From NCBI GenBank assembly GCA_963792415.1, contig CAWBVY010000006.1:512001-576000 (forward strand): a DNA stretch of 64,000 nucleotides, given 5' to 3'. Shown here piece after piece: positions 10,750-20,669 of this stretch. The DNA comes from Candidatus Deferrimicrobiaceae bacterium. Its GTDB lineage: Bacteria; Desulfobacterota; Deferrimicrobia; Deferrimicrobiales; Deferrimicrobiaceae. Positions within the stretch are counted from its first letter, which is position 1; the number at the start of each line of letters is the position of its first letter. The position numbers were made by a program, and so were the translations under genes. The notes under the pieces were generated by a model. That model did no database searches. It worked only from the letters and a program-made list of their open reading frames with translations, and was not told where the DNA came from.

Positions 10750-12063
10750 TCACTCCTCCCCGCCATGTGGCGTGGCTCCCCTGTTCTCCCCCCTGTAGTT
10801 CCCTGCAATCCCGCGGACCAGGTATTTTATGGATTCCGAGTTCATCGAACTGTCGAATTCGCGGGCAACCAGTTCCAGCCCCATATCCGTGATCCGGCGG
10901 ATCCTGTCCGGTGGAAGTTCCAGAACTTCCACGATTTTTCTCGATAACTCCCCGGGAGTTCTGGGTGGAACCAGGAACCCGTTTCGCCCATCGGAAATCC
11001 ACTCCCGGATTTGCGGTATATCCCCCATGATGACAGGGGTTCCACAAGCCAGAGCCTCCATCATGCAATTAGGCAGAGAATCATTGGATGAAATGGAAAC
11101 CATCAGATCGGAGGCGCTGTAATAAAGCGGCATGCGTTCCCAAGGAACCTGGCCACTCCACCGGAAGTTCTTCTCGATGCCCAACTTCCTCGTCCTTTCC
11201 TTATGTTTTTCCAACACATTTTCCCCCCCTGCCCCGGAAACGAACACGAAGAGAACACCGGGGGTTTTTTCCACCACATCAGCAGCCGATTCCACGATCA
11301 CATCACTGTTTAGATACCCCCCGAGCCCTCTGGGGCAGAGGATGACCTTACTTGCTTCGATATCAAGCGCAGATTTCGCTTCGGTTTTCGATGAAGGTTT
11401 GAATCTACCCCTGTCCACACCTGGATACCGTACCAAGTGGATTTTATCACCCGATACTCCATACCTGAGACAGGCATCCCGGGCGACGGTGGAATTCACC
11501 GTCATAGCTATCGCCCTTCGCACACCATAGGTGACCAATTTTTTCTTGAACACCCTTTCGATACCGTTCGACATCGCCCACCATGTGACATCTCCATTCC
11601 AGAAAGTAATGATGATCGGAATCGATTTCGGTAGCAGGAAGGCCAGGTAGCAAGGGTATACCAGTGTTTGCAAGATAATGACCTGGGGGGTGTATTTCCT
11701 TACTGCCTTCCTTAGAGTCATCGCATCCTTGGCCGACTTCATTAGATCAAACGCGAGCCAGACAAATGTGAGCCGGGCTAGGATTTTTTTTACCTTTTCA
11801 AAGGGAAGCGATTTCCCCTCTCTGCTTTCGCGGTGGATGTCCATCCCTTCAGAGGAAGTTTCCTCTTGCCGGTTTCGCCGTGCACCATGCAGGAGGACAT
11901 TTGTCGCTCGTTCAAAACCAAAGTCGTGTGTGGAAGCGACGGTAACCGAAAAACCTGGATCGCTCTCGAATATCCGGATCCGCCGCCATGCGTGTATGGA
12001 GGGACCCCATGAAAGAATAAGCACCCGGATCGGAGAATGTAGTTGCTGTCCGGAATCGCTCAA
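10750..12063 (-). CDS. Glycosyltransferase family 4
   Basis: PGVDRGRF, DSLPNCMMEALACGTPV. Confidence 0.85.
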   Translation of the reverse strand: MSDSGQQLHSPIRVLILSWGPSIHAWRRIRIFESDPGFSVTVASTHDFGFERATNVLLHGARRNRQEETSSEGMDIHRESREGKSLPFEKVKKILARLTFVWLAFDLMKSAKDAMTLRKAVRKYTPQVIILQTLVYPCYLAFLLPKSIPIIITFWNGDVTWWAMSNGIERVFKKKLVTYGVRRAIAMTVNSTVARDACLRYGVSGDKIHLVRYPGVDRGRFKPSSKTEAKSALDIEASKVILCPRGLGGYLNSDVIVESAADVVEKTPGVLFVFVSGAGGENVLEKHKERTRKLGIEKNFRWSGQVPWERMPLYYSASDLMVSISSNDSLPNCMMEALACGTPVIMGDIPQIREWISDGRNGFLVPPRTPGELSRKIVEVLELPPDRIRRITDMGLELVAREFDSSMNSESIKYLVRGIAGNYRGENRGATPHGGEE

Positions 12064-14036
12064 GAGGCAATCTCCAATCGTGGGCCCGTAAGGTCAACAG
12101 GACGATCCAACACTTCTCGGCACCACAATTCGGTCATCATCAGTAACCAAGGCCTCGCCCAGTCACTGCGGCATCGAAGGAAATTCTCTTTTATCGACTG
12201 CGACATACCGAAGTCGAATAATCCCCTCTCACGGACCGCAACAGGTGATAAGGCATCCTCAAAGACATCCCGTAACGGACCACTCAACCAGGAACCAAAG
12301 GGCATCCCGAACCCACGTTTTCCCTGCAAATCCATCCCTTCCGGCAGAAGTCCCTTCCCGGCATCGATGAGGATCTTCTTGGCACCCGTTTCCCTGTAGG
12401 TTCCCGTTCCCGGGGGCTTTCGATGCGGCGGATCCCCAAGTTTCGCATTGGGTGGAAGGGATAAAGCCAGGTCGACCAGTGCAGGATCGAGGAAAGGAAC
12501 ACGCACCTCAAGAGAGTGGGCCATGGAAACCGCATCGATATCCCGGAGCAGTTGGTTCTGTGTGTAGCCGCGAAGGCACAAAGCGGTGACCCTCTCGACC
12601 GGCTTCGCTCCCGGAAGTTCGTCGCCCAGGATGTCCATCGCCGGCTCGCGGCCTATCCGGACGACTTTTCTCAGGTCGGGCGAGAGGATTTTCGCGGCCC
12701 CGCGCGGCCCGAAGATCTGGTAACACCGTGCGTACCTGGACACAAAACCAGTAAGGGAACGTCCCATCTCGATTGGGATTCCTGCCGGGCCGTCGATCCA
12801 TGAATCGAAATGACTCCTTTGGCACATGGAACCCAACGATCTTTTCAGCGAAGCCGCCCTGGGGTGCAGCCGGTCGTTTTCGGAAGCAGCGGACATCGAA
12901 AGAAACCAGGGATAACCGGCGAACAGTTCGTCTCCTCCTGTCCCGGATATCGCGACCGTCACTGCCTGCCGGGCGGCCAGAGAAACGAAATAGGAGTTCA
13001 CCCCGTCGACCGAGGGCTGGTCCAGGGAGGACGCGATGTGGGCAATCCTGTCCCGTACATCCTCCCCAGTTACGAGAACCCTTCGGTGGTCCGTGCCGAT
13101 AAACCTTGCAACCTGTTCCGCATCATCCGTCTCGTCCATGTGGGCCCCTTCCGCGCCGAATCCGACGGAGAAGGTCTTCACCTTGCGTGCACCGATCCGG
13201 GACATCAACGCAACCAGCAGAGAGGAATCCACACCGCCACTCAGGAACGCGCCCAAGGGCACGTCGCTGATCATCTGTAATCGAACGCTCTCCTCCAGGG
13301 CAGAACGGACCTCATGGACTAGGTCTTCATACGGTCGATTCCTCAGGTCCTCCCTTCTGTCGGTTTCAAGCTTCCAATATCGCTCGATCCGTTCGACTCC
13401 TCCCTCCATGATCAGTCGATGCCCCGGAAGGAGCATCCTCACCCCCGCCAGGATCGTCAACGGTTGCGGGATCGAGCCGTGAGTCAAGAGCAGCCGCAAT
13501 GCCTCGGGGTCGATGTTCCTCTCCACGAGTCCGCTTGCGAGTAGCGATTTGATCTCCGAGGCGAAAAGGAACCGGGAACCCGCCCGAGTGTACAGAAGGG
13601 GCTTGATGCCGATCTGGTCCCTTGCCAGAACCAATCGTTCCTTCCCTTGGCCTTTCCTTCGGTCGTAGAGGGCCAGGGCGAACATACCCCGGATTCTTCC
13701 CAGGAAATCATCACCGTAGTCCTCATACATCCGGAGGACCACTTCCGTGTCCGATGCCGAGGTGAAGTTGTACCCTTTCTTTCGCAGGATCTCGCGTTCG
13801 GGTTGGAAATTATAGGTTTCGCCGTTGTAGACGATATGTATCGAACCGTCCGGGTTGGACATGGGCTGGTGGCCAGTGGGGGTGGTGTCGATAATGGCCA
13901 ACCTCGCCATGCCGAGCATTATCCCATCATCCCGGAAGACACCGGCGTCGTCAGGCCCCCGATGACGCATGGCAGATATCATGGATTCGGCGGCCTGCCA
14001 TGGAGCGGTCCCGAGAATGCCGCATATTCCGCACAC
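12060..14036 (-). CDS. asnB: Asparagine synthase (glutamine-hydrolysing)-like amidotransferase
   Basis: GTG start giving MCGICG (Ntn Cys); HRGPD, RLAIID, LSGGVDSS, EVRVPFLD. Confidence 0.92.
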   Translation of the reverse strand: MCGICGILGTAPWQAAESMISAMRHRGPDDAGVFRDDGIMLGMARLAIIDTTPTGHQPMSNPDGSIHIVYNGETYNFQPEREILRKKGYNFTSASDTEVVLRMYEDYGDDFLGRIRGMFALALYDRRKGQGKERLVLARDQIGIKPLLYTRAGSRFLFASEIKSLLASGLVERNIDPEALRLLLTHGSIPQPLTILAGVRMLLPGHRLIMEGGVERIERYWKLETDRREDLRNRPYEDLVHEVRSALEESVRLQMISDVPLGAFLSGGVDSSLLVALMSRIGARKVKTFSVGFGAEGAHMDETDDAEQVARFIGTDHRRVLVTGEDVRDRIAHIASSLDQPSVDGVNSYFVSLAARQAVTVAISGTGGDELFAGYPWFLSMSAASENDRLHPRAASLKRSLGSMCQRSHFDSWIDGPAGIPIEMGRSLTGFVSRYARCYQIFGPRGAAKILSPDLRKVVRIGREPAMDILGDELPGAKPVERVTALCLRGYTQNQLLRDIDAVSMAHSLEVRVPFLDPALVDLALSLPPNAKLGDPPHRKPPGTGTYRETGAKKILIDAGKGLLPEGMDLQGKRGFGMPFGSWLSGPLRDVFEDALSPVAVRERGLFDFGMSQSIKENFLRCRSDWARPWLLMMTELWCREVLDRPVDLTGPRLEIAS

Positions 14037-15037
14037 TACGGACGTTCCTCGGAAAAGTCTTCCTTTCCAATTCCCGTGGAAACCGACGGTTTCCACGCCA
14101 GGGCCTCGACCCCGTTTCCAGCGTATGCCGTCCGGATGCCCACCATTCCACAACGCTGAAGATGACCCGATATATCCTCGGCGCTTCGTAAATGCTTGTA
14201 GACATCGGTCAACGTGTCGTGCGTATCCAGTATGGCCCATTCCTCCAACAATTTCGGGCCGAGGGCAAGATAGGAGTCGTGATAATCGACCAGGGGAGAC
14301 AGTTGAAGGAACGCGGGCCGCACCTTCCCTAGAACGGGCAGATCCCGGATTTTCCAAAGCCATCTATGGAACGGCCAAAGGGATGTCGTCACTCCCTTGC
14401 TGATGCGATAAGCGAATCCGCTCGGCAACCGGGTCAGGATGGCGCGCAAGGCCCGCCGGGAGAATGTCAGGGAGTAGTCATACGAATAATGGTCAAGGAC
14501 CAGCATTCCGCCGGGTCGAACCTGGGAGCAAAGCGAGGACATGGTCTTCTCCGGGTCCGGGGTGTGCTGTACGACGCCGATGCAGATGACGATGTCGAAC
14601 TGTCCCGGGGGGAACGGAAGCTTCAGAATATCCGCTTGGCAGACATGATATTTTGGGTATTGTTTACAGTTTTCATAATTGGCTTCGACAGCTTCAGACA
14701 AATCCACCGCGCACAGATCTGCTCCCGATTCCAGTATCACCTCGCTGAAGCGACCCGCTCCACATCCTGCCTCGAGAACTTTTTTCCCCTCGAGAATCCC
14801 GAGCCGCCCCCCCAGAAGGCGGGCCAGTCTATCCCTCGAGATCGGAACTCCCGTATGGGAATCCATCTGGGTTTTTGAGAAGATCCGCCATTGCAACCCG
14901 AAGGAAGAGGCGTAATGCTTCTCCGAAATGAATCGGGGAATCATTGAAACCGTCCGATACCTGCAGCCGGAATCGCAGGAAAGGTGACCATTAATGCTCT
15001 GGAGCGGAGTCTTGTGGACCGGGCAGGACCAATTCAT
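14036..15037 (-). CDS. Class I SAM-dependent methyltransferase with Trm112-like N-terminal Cys motif
   Basis: VLEAGCGAGRF, GVVQHTPDP; N-terminal CPVH...CDSGC. Confidence 0.85.
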   Translation of the reverse strand: MNWSCPVHKTPLQSINGHLSCDSGCRYRTVSMIPRFISEKHYASSFGLQWRIFSKTQMDSHTGVPISRDRLARLLGGRLGILEGKKVLEAGCGAGRFSEVILESGADLCAVDLSEAVEANYENCKQYPKYHVCQADILKLPFPPGQFDIVICIGVVQHTPDPEKTMSSLCSQVRPGGMLVLDHYSYDYSLTFSRRALRAILTRLPSGFAYRISKGVTTSLWPFHRWLWKIRDLPVLGKVRPAFLQLSPLVDYHDSYLALGPKLLEEWAILDTHDTLTDVYKHLRSAEDISGHLQRCGMVGIRTAYAGNGVEALAWKPSVSTGIGKEDFSEERP

Positions 15038-15831
15038 CGATGGGATTTTTCCGGCACGCGCCACGCCGCCAGCAGGAGATACTGATCGAATTCGTTTGGC
15101 AACTTGCCGGGCCGGTGCACCAGATCACGCCAGGCGCCATAGGAGTTCACAGACACGGAAAATCCTGCATCCCCCAGCACATGGAGTAGGCGAGCAAACG
15201 CATTAACATTATCGTTCGACAGGTGGCATTCCACGATCAAATTGCCCACCAAAGACAAGCGGTCAGCGATATGCGGGATGACTTTGAATTCGGCGCCCTC
15301 TATATCCATCTTGATAAGATCGACAGGACCCGCGAGGAAGTCCTTCAGGTCGATGGACTCCACTAGGGTCGCGGAGGCCATTTCCCCGGACAATACCCTG
15401 CCGCCGTCGGCGCCTTCCATGAAAAACGGGACCCTCCCCGTTTCGGTCCAGACGGCCGCCTCGACCACGCGAACCTCGCTGGCCCCGTTGACGGACAGGT
15501 TGCGGCGCAATGCCCTCGCGGCGCACGGATCGGGCTCGAAAGCAGTTATTGACGCCTTGGGGTGACGTCTCAGGTAATTCAACACGCTGATGCCGATGTT
15601 CGCACCGCAGTCGAGAATGACGGGGTGTTCACTCTCCGTCATGAAATCGTTCCACCCCCGATACACCAGAATGTCGATGGAGGAGGCGATTGCAGCGCCG
15701 TCCAGATACTCCAGTTCCCATCCGACAATTGAAATATTTCCGGGGGTAAACCGGGGCCTTTTCGCCAGCGTCTTCAGCGAGCGCCGTCTCTTCTTCTCCG
15801 TCAGAAATGGGATCACATCCGATGGCCTCAT
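15034..15831 (-). CDS. FkbM family methyltransferase
   Basis: ILDCGANIG, AFEPDP, IKMDIEGAE. Confidence 0.9.
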   Translation of the reverse strand: MRPSDVIPFLTEKKRRRSLKTLAKRPRFTPGNISIVGWELEYLDGAAIASSIDILVYRGWNDFMTESEHPVILDCGANIGISVLNYLRRHPKASITAFEPDPCAARALRRNLSVNGASEVRVVEAAVWTETGRVPFFMEGADGGRVLSGEMASATLVESIDLKDFLAGPVDLIKMDIEGAEFKVIPHIADRLSLVGNLIVECHLSNDNVNAFARLLHVLGDAGFSVSVNSYGAWRDLVHRPGKLPNEFDQYLLLAAWRVPEKSHR

Positions 15832-17117
15832 GACATTCCCCCGAAGATCCGTATGTCATGTTCAAAATCGCAAGCGTAGGCTCCCGGGAACGGGTTCGTG
15901 AACCGGATGTCGTCGTGTCGGGCCTCCATGCGAAACATCGTTGCATAGCGCACGCCGTCATAGTCCGCATGGTTCAATATGCCGAGCCATAGCGCAACGG
16001 TATACGTGTCGGGCTTGAGAAGCAGGTTCTTCAGGCGGAAGCGACCCAACGCACTCTCCCCCGCATCCAGAGAGACGGAGTCGCCCCGAATCAAGGTATT
16101 GACGTCTACAATGCGATTTCCGAGATCGTCGTAGATAATGACCGCCACCGTCGCATTGGCGATCTTCTTTCGTGCCCGAAACTTAACAAGGATTTCCAAG
16201 TCGCACCCTGTTGCCGGGAGGTAAATCACTTTGCCGTCGACATTGAAACAGGTCAACTGGATTTCTTCGAACCGAACATCACCGGTTCCATAATGCTCCG
16301 CCGTGGTTAGATCAGACCGCCCAAAAGAACTCTCCCCCACCGTATTTTGATAACGGGAAACGGTATCTCTCGGCATTCCATATTCGACGACCCGCCCCTC
16401 GGACAATAAAATGCATTTCGTGCTCAACTCAAGTATGGACATCATGTTATGACTGACGAGAAGAACGGTTTGTCCGCTACGTGCGACATCCCCTAACTTA
16501 TCCAGGCATTTTTTTTGAAAGGCAACATCACCAACTGCGAGCACTTCGTCCACAATGAGAGTCTCCGGTTCGAGATGTGCCGCCACCGAAAACGCAAGCC
16601 GCACATACATCCCTGACGAATACCGTTTCACGGGAGTATCTAGGAATTTCTCGATCTCTGCGAAATCCACGATTTCATCGAATTTCCTCTTGATCTCCGC
16701 CTTCGTCATCCCGAGGATGGCGCCGTTGAGGAATATGTTCTCCCGCCCGGTCAGTTCCGGGTGGAATCCCGTTCCGACTTCCAACAAACTTCCCACCCTG
16801 CCTTTTATCCGCACCCGCCCCCCGGTCGGCTCCGTGATGCGGCTGAGGATTTTCAGCAAGGTGGACTTCCCCGCCCCGTTCCGGCCGATGATGCCGACCC
16901 GATCCCCTTGCTTCACCTCAAAAGAAACATCCTTCAGTGCCCAGATCTCCTCGACGCTGTTTCCCCGGGATCCGACTCGCATCGGGTGGAGGATCCGCCG
17001 GCCGGCATTTTTCGCGGTCTCGACCATGACGTCCCGCAGGGCGAGATACGGCTCGCGGGATTGATGCCCGATCAGGTAGCTTTTCGAGAGGTTCTCGACA
17101 TGGATCACCGTTCCCAT
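15828..17117 (-). CDS. wzt: Polysaccharide ABC transporter ATP-binding protein with Wzt C-terminal domain
   Basis: GRNGAGKST, YSSGMYVRLAF, DEVLAVGD, C-terminal carbohydrate-binding extension. Confidence 0.92.
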   Translation of the reverse strand: MGTVIHVENLSKSYLIGHQSREPYLALRDVMVETAKNAGRRILHPMRVGSRGNSVEEIWALKDVSFEVKQGDRVGIIGRNGAGKSTLLKILSRITEPTGGRVRIKGRVGSLLEVGTGFHPELTGRENIFLNGAILGMTKAEIKRKFDEIVDFAEIEKFLDTPVKRYSSGMYVRLAFSVAAHLEPETLIVDEVLAVGDVAFQKKCLDKLGDVARSGQTVLLVSHNMMSILELSTKCILLSEGRVVEYGMPRDTVSRYQNTVGESSFGRSDLTTAEHYGTGDVRFEEIQLTCFNVDGKVIYLPATGCDLEILVKFRARKKIANATVAVIIYDDLGNRIVDVNTLIRGDSVSLDAGESALGRFRLKNLLLKPDTYTVALWLGILNHADYDGVRYATMFRMEARHDDIRFTNPFPGAYACDFEHDIRIFGGMS

Positions 17118-17124
17118 CGACGCC

Positions 17125-17979
17125 TCAGATGATGTCCGCGAAAAATCGCTCGGTCCGGCGGAAGTAGACCAGACCGTACCAGCAGAGAGCGACCGTCAGG
17201 CCGATGGAGGCGAGGAATCCCGGCATGTAGAGTTGGGGGGACTGCCCGATCAATGCCCATCGGAATCCATCGATGACCCCTACCATGGGGTTGAGCGAAT
17301 AGAGCAGCCGCCACGAATCCGGGACGACGTTGCTGGAAAACCCGACCGGCGACACGTACACGCCGAACTGGACAACGAACGGCACCACATAGCGGAAGTC
17401 ACGGTACTTGACATTTATGGCCGAGAACCAGAAGCCCGCTCCCAGCGAGAGGAGGAGCACCAGCAGGGTGAAGAAGGGGAGAAACAGGACGCGCCAGCCG
17501 GGGACGAACCCGTACCATACCATGAGCCCGATGAGAATGCCGAACGAGATCAGGAAGTCGACGAGGCTCACTGCCACCGAACTGGCCGGCACGATCAACC
17601 GCGGGAAATAGATCTTGGAGATGAGCGCCGAGTTCCCGATGAGGGAGTTCGAACTCTCCTGCAGGGCGTTGGAGAAGAGCTGCCACGGCAGCATGGCCGC
17701 GAAGACCAGGATCGGGTACGGCGCGCCCTCGGACGGGAACTTCGCCAGCCGCCCGAACACCAGCGTCAAGACGACCATGGTCAGGAACGGGCGCAGGACA
17801 GCCCACGCCACCCCGATGGCCGTCTGCTTGTACCGCACAAGGATGTCCCGCCAGGCGAGGAAGAAGAACAGCTCCCTGAACCGCCACAGGTCGGCCCAGT
17901 GCCGTCCGAACCCACCCCCCGGCTCGATCACGAGGTCGAACGTCGGGGCAATTTCCGCTGCCTGATGCGTGTCGGTCAT
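17125..17979 (-). CDS. wzm: Polysaccharide ABC transporter permease
   Basis: RDILVRYKQTAIGVAWA, KIYFPR, LNPM. Confidence 0.92.
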   Translation of the reverse strand: MTDTHQAAEIAPTFDLVIEPGGGFGRHWADLWRFRELFFFLAWRDILVRYKQTAIGVAWAVLRPFLTMVVLTLVFGRLAKFPSEGAPYPILVFAAMLPWQLFSNALQESSNSLIGNSALISKIYFPRLIVPASSVAVSLVDFLISFGILIGLMVWYGFVPGWRVLFLPFFTLLVLLLSLGAGFWFSAINVKYRDFRYVVPFVVQFGVYVSPVGFSSNVVPDSWRLLYSLNPMVGVIDGFRWALIGQSPQLYMPGFLASIGLTVALCWYGLVYFRRTERFFADII

Positions 17980-17987
17980 AGCGTTCC

Positions 17988-18581
17988 CTACCTGATCTGT
18001 TCTTTTTCCGAATCTCTACTGTGGGTACGTATTCCCGCCCCCTTGTCCCACAGTCTGACGACCGGGTCGAGGCTCTTCTTGTCCCTCAATTGCTCGAACT
18101 CCTCGCTGTTCAGGACCAGGGACCGGATCTTCCGCTGGATGTACGCCTCGGTCTTCTGCGAGAAATCGTCGAGCTGGACCTTGTCGATGTCTCCCACCAG
18201 CACGACGTCGATGACGCCGGTGTCCACGCCGCGGGCGTAATCGCCCACGAGGTAGGCAGCCTCCAGGTTTCCGAGCCGGTCCACCACGGACCTGACCATT
18301 TCGTCGATGCCCGTGATTTTGCGGACCATCGAGAAGAGTTCCGGGAACAGGGGATGGTCCGTGTTCGCCTGGTAGTAGACGTTCCGGCCGCTGCGCTCCG
18401 ACGTCAGGATCTTGTGCTCCGTCAGATGGTTGAGCTCGACGCGCACGGCGTTCGTCGATACCTCGAATTCCGAGGCCAACTCCCGCAGATAGGCTTTGAG
18501 CCCCGGGTTGAGAAACAGCTTGACGAGGATGCTGACCCTCGTCCGGGAAGGGATCACAGTATTGAGCGCACTTATAACCAT
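17988..18581 (-). CDS. Winged-helix (ArsR-like) regulator with nucleotidyltransferase-like C-terminal domain
   Basis: YLRELASEFEVSTNAVRVEL HTH; YLVGDYARGVDTGVIDVVLVG. Confidence 0.75.
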   Translation of the reverse strand: MVISALNTVIPSRTRVSILVKLFLNPGLKAYLRELASEFEVSTNAVRVELNHLTEHKILTSERSGRNVYYQANTDHPLFPELFSMVRKITGIDEMVRSVVDRLGNLEAAYLVGDYARGVDTGVIDVVLVGDIDKVQLDDFSQKTEAYIQRKIRSLVLNSEEFEQLRDKKSLDPVVRLWDKGAGIRTHSRDSEKEQIR

Positions 18582-18723
18582 TTCCGCCTTCCTCAATACG
18601 AGCATTATATCTACTCAATACCAAGCAGTCCAGCTTGTCAAGCTTATTCTATGCATTCCATTTTCCATGCATGATTTGCGAACGAGTATTCAGGGGAGGA
18701 GGAGGTATGCTATGCCCATGAAA

Positions 18724-19569
18724 TCACAACAAGTATCTTCTAATTCTATAATATTTCCTCCCGAAAAGATTCTCCTGCACAATCAATACCTTCCAGAGCA
18801 AAAGCAATATGGACTGTTTTGCGATAAATATCTTTTGCTTCAACAACAAAGACCGGTTAGTTATTAATTTTCGATGCCTTCTATGTATCTCCTTCGCCGT
18901 TTTTAAGAAATTAGCTCTTTTTTGAGTTGTTGCAGAAGAGTCATCTAATTTTAACCTGTATTCGCACGTAATTTTTCTTACATGCCCAAACGAATATAAG
19001 GAAGATAATCTAATAAAAAAATCCCAATCCTCATGCGTAAATAAATTATCGTCAAAATATCCAATATTTTCAACACAATCCTTGCGATGAGAAACACAAA
19101 TAACAGGTATATAGTTTGAAACCAGCAGTTTTTCCGCATCAAAATCCATAGAATGCATGTGCTCCGATTCTTTTTTGAAATATTCGCCATCCGACTTGTA
19201 CTGTAGGGCCTTCGCCGCATCCGAGTAAGCAACGGAAAAGCGGTGGTTCTCCAGGAAATTTATCAACTCTGAAATGTGATCCGGATAATAAACGTCATCA
19301 TCATCCAGGTAGGCGATATATTTTCCCTTTGCTGCCTTGATTCCGCTGTTCCTCGCTGCCGCAGGCCCTTTCCTGACCTCGTGATCGATGAATTGTACCT
19401 CTCTCCCAAATTCCAATGAGGAAACCATTTCCCGGATGGATTCGCCCCCGTCATTCACGACGACAATCTCTAAGTTTCCATACGTCTGCTGCGCGATGCT
19501 TCGTAGGCATTCCCGAAGCATGGCAGGACGGTTACAGGTTGGCACGATGACGGACACGATAGGATTCAT
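18724..19569 (-). CDS. Glycosyltransferase family 2
   Basis: VSVIVPTCNR, VVNDGG, YLDDDD, HEDWDF. Confidence 0.88.
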   Translation of the reverse strand: MNPIVSVIVPTCNRPAMLRECLRSIAQQTYGNLEIVVVNDGGESIREMVSSLEFGREVQFIDHEVRKGPAAARNSGIKAAKGKYIAYLDDDDVYYPDHISELINFLENHRFSVAYSDAAKALQYKSDGEYFKKESEHMHSMDFDAEKLLVSNYIPVICVSHRKDCVENIGYFDDNLFTHEDWDFFIRLSSLYSFGHVRKITCEYRLKLDDSSATTQKRANFLKTAKEIHRRHRKLITNRSLLLKQKIFIAKQSILLLLWKVLIVQENLFGRKYYRIRRYLL

Positions 19570-20492
19570 CCCGGTATTTTATCCGAACCCCTTCTTCCCA
19601 TCCTGGAGTTCCTGTAATCCCCCACACCGTCCAGCGTCGCCCGAAATCCTTCCCAAACGCCGGATCGCAATTTGAATACGGAGAAAAGGTAAACCATCTC
19701 GATCAGCAAATTTCTCAGACACCCCCGTAGCGCCGATGGAGCCGGGTCATTGGTGTTCAGCGCATAAAGCGTGTTCCGGACCCCGTAATAGAATGCGTCA
19801 GGATGGCTCTCCTTGCCGACCGTAGCCGAGACTTTATGCCAAACGGCGGCTTTTGGCGCGAAGAATGCCTTGAACCCTTTCTTTTTCGCTCGCAACATCC
19901 ACTCGATCTCGTCCATATACAGAAAAAGAGACGGGTCCATCAACCCCGCTTCTTCGCACAGGCGCCGCGACACCAGCACAGCGCACCCGCAGGGCCGGTC
20001 GATCTCACGGATCTGGTCGTACTGGCCATGGTCTGTCTCCCGATACCCCTCCATCCTTCCGTAACCGCACCAGGTGCGGAATCGGGCCCCCGCGAACCAC
20101 AGGAGATCCGGGGGATCCTGGAAATAGATCTTCGGGCTGACGAAGCCGATCCTTTCCGATCGTGATGCAACCGCAAGCATTTCCCTAATGAATCCCGGGT
20201 CGACGATGGTATCGTTGTTCAGGATCAGCACATAATCGGCACCCAGCTCAAGAGCCCTCCGGATTCCCGCGTTGTTACCTCCCGTGTATCCGAGGTTTTC
20301 CCCCGTTTCAATGAGCTTGATCCCGGGAAATTCCATCTTTACGGCATCCGCGGTCCCGTCGGTGGAGCCGTTATCCACCAGGAGGACCGTGGTATCCGGA
20401 TCCGTGACCCGAGCCAGGGAACGGAGGCATTCGAGCGTGTCCTCCCTCCTGTTCCAGGCAAGGACCACGATGCAGACCCTTGGAGGTGTCAT
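19566..20492 (-). CDS. Glycosyltransferase family 2 (rhamnosyltransferase-like)
   Basis: VDNGSTDGT, NLGYTGGNN, LNNDT, FLYMDEIEW. Confidence 0.88.
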   Translation of the reverse strand: MTPPRVCIVVLAWNRREDTLECLRSLARVTDPDTTVLLVDNGSTDGTADAVKMEFPGIKLIETGENLGYTGGNNAGIRRALELGADYVLILNNDTIVDPGFIREMLAVASRSERIGFVSPKIYFQDPPDLLWFAGARFRTWCGYGRMEGYRETDHGQYDQIREIDRPCGCAVLVSRRLCEEAGLMDPSLFLYMDEIEWMLRAKKKGFKAFFAPKAAVWHKVSATVGKESHPDAFYYGVRNTLYALNTNDPAPSALRGCLRNLLIEMVYLFSVFKLRSGVWEGFRATLDGVGDYRNSRMGRRGSDKIPG

Positions 20493-20669
20493 CCTGTCCC
20501 CGGCACAGGAGGCGTGCGACATTTGCCGTCTCGTTTCGGATAAATATCCGCCCCGGGATCAAATAGGATCATCGATCCGGAAAAATGCATACTGAAGGTA
20601 CCCGACATGTCGGTGTATATTAACATTTCATATGCGCAGTCATTTCCATGGTGTGGAGAACGGTAGAAA

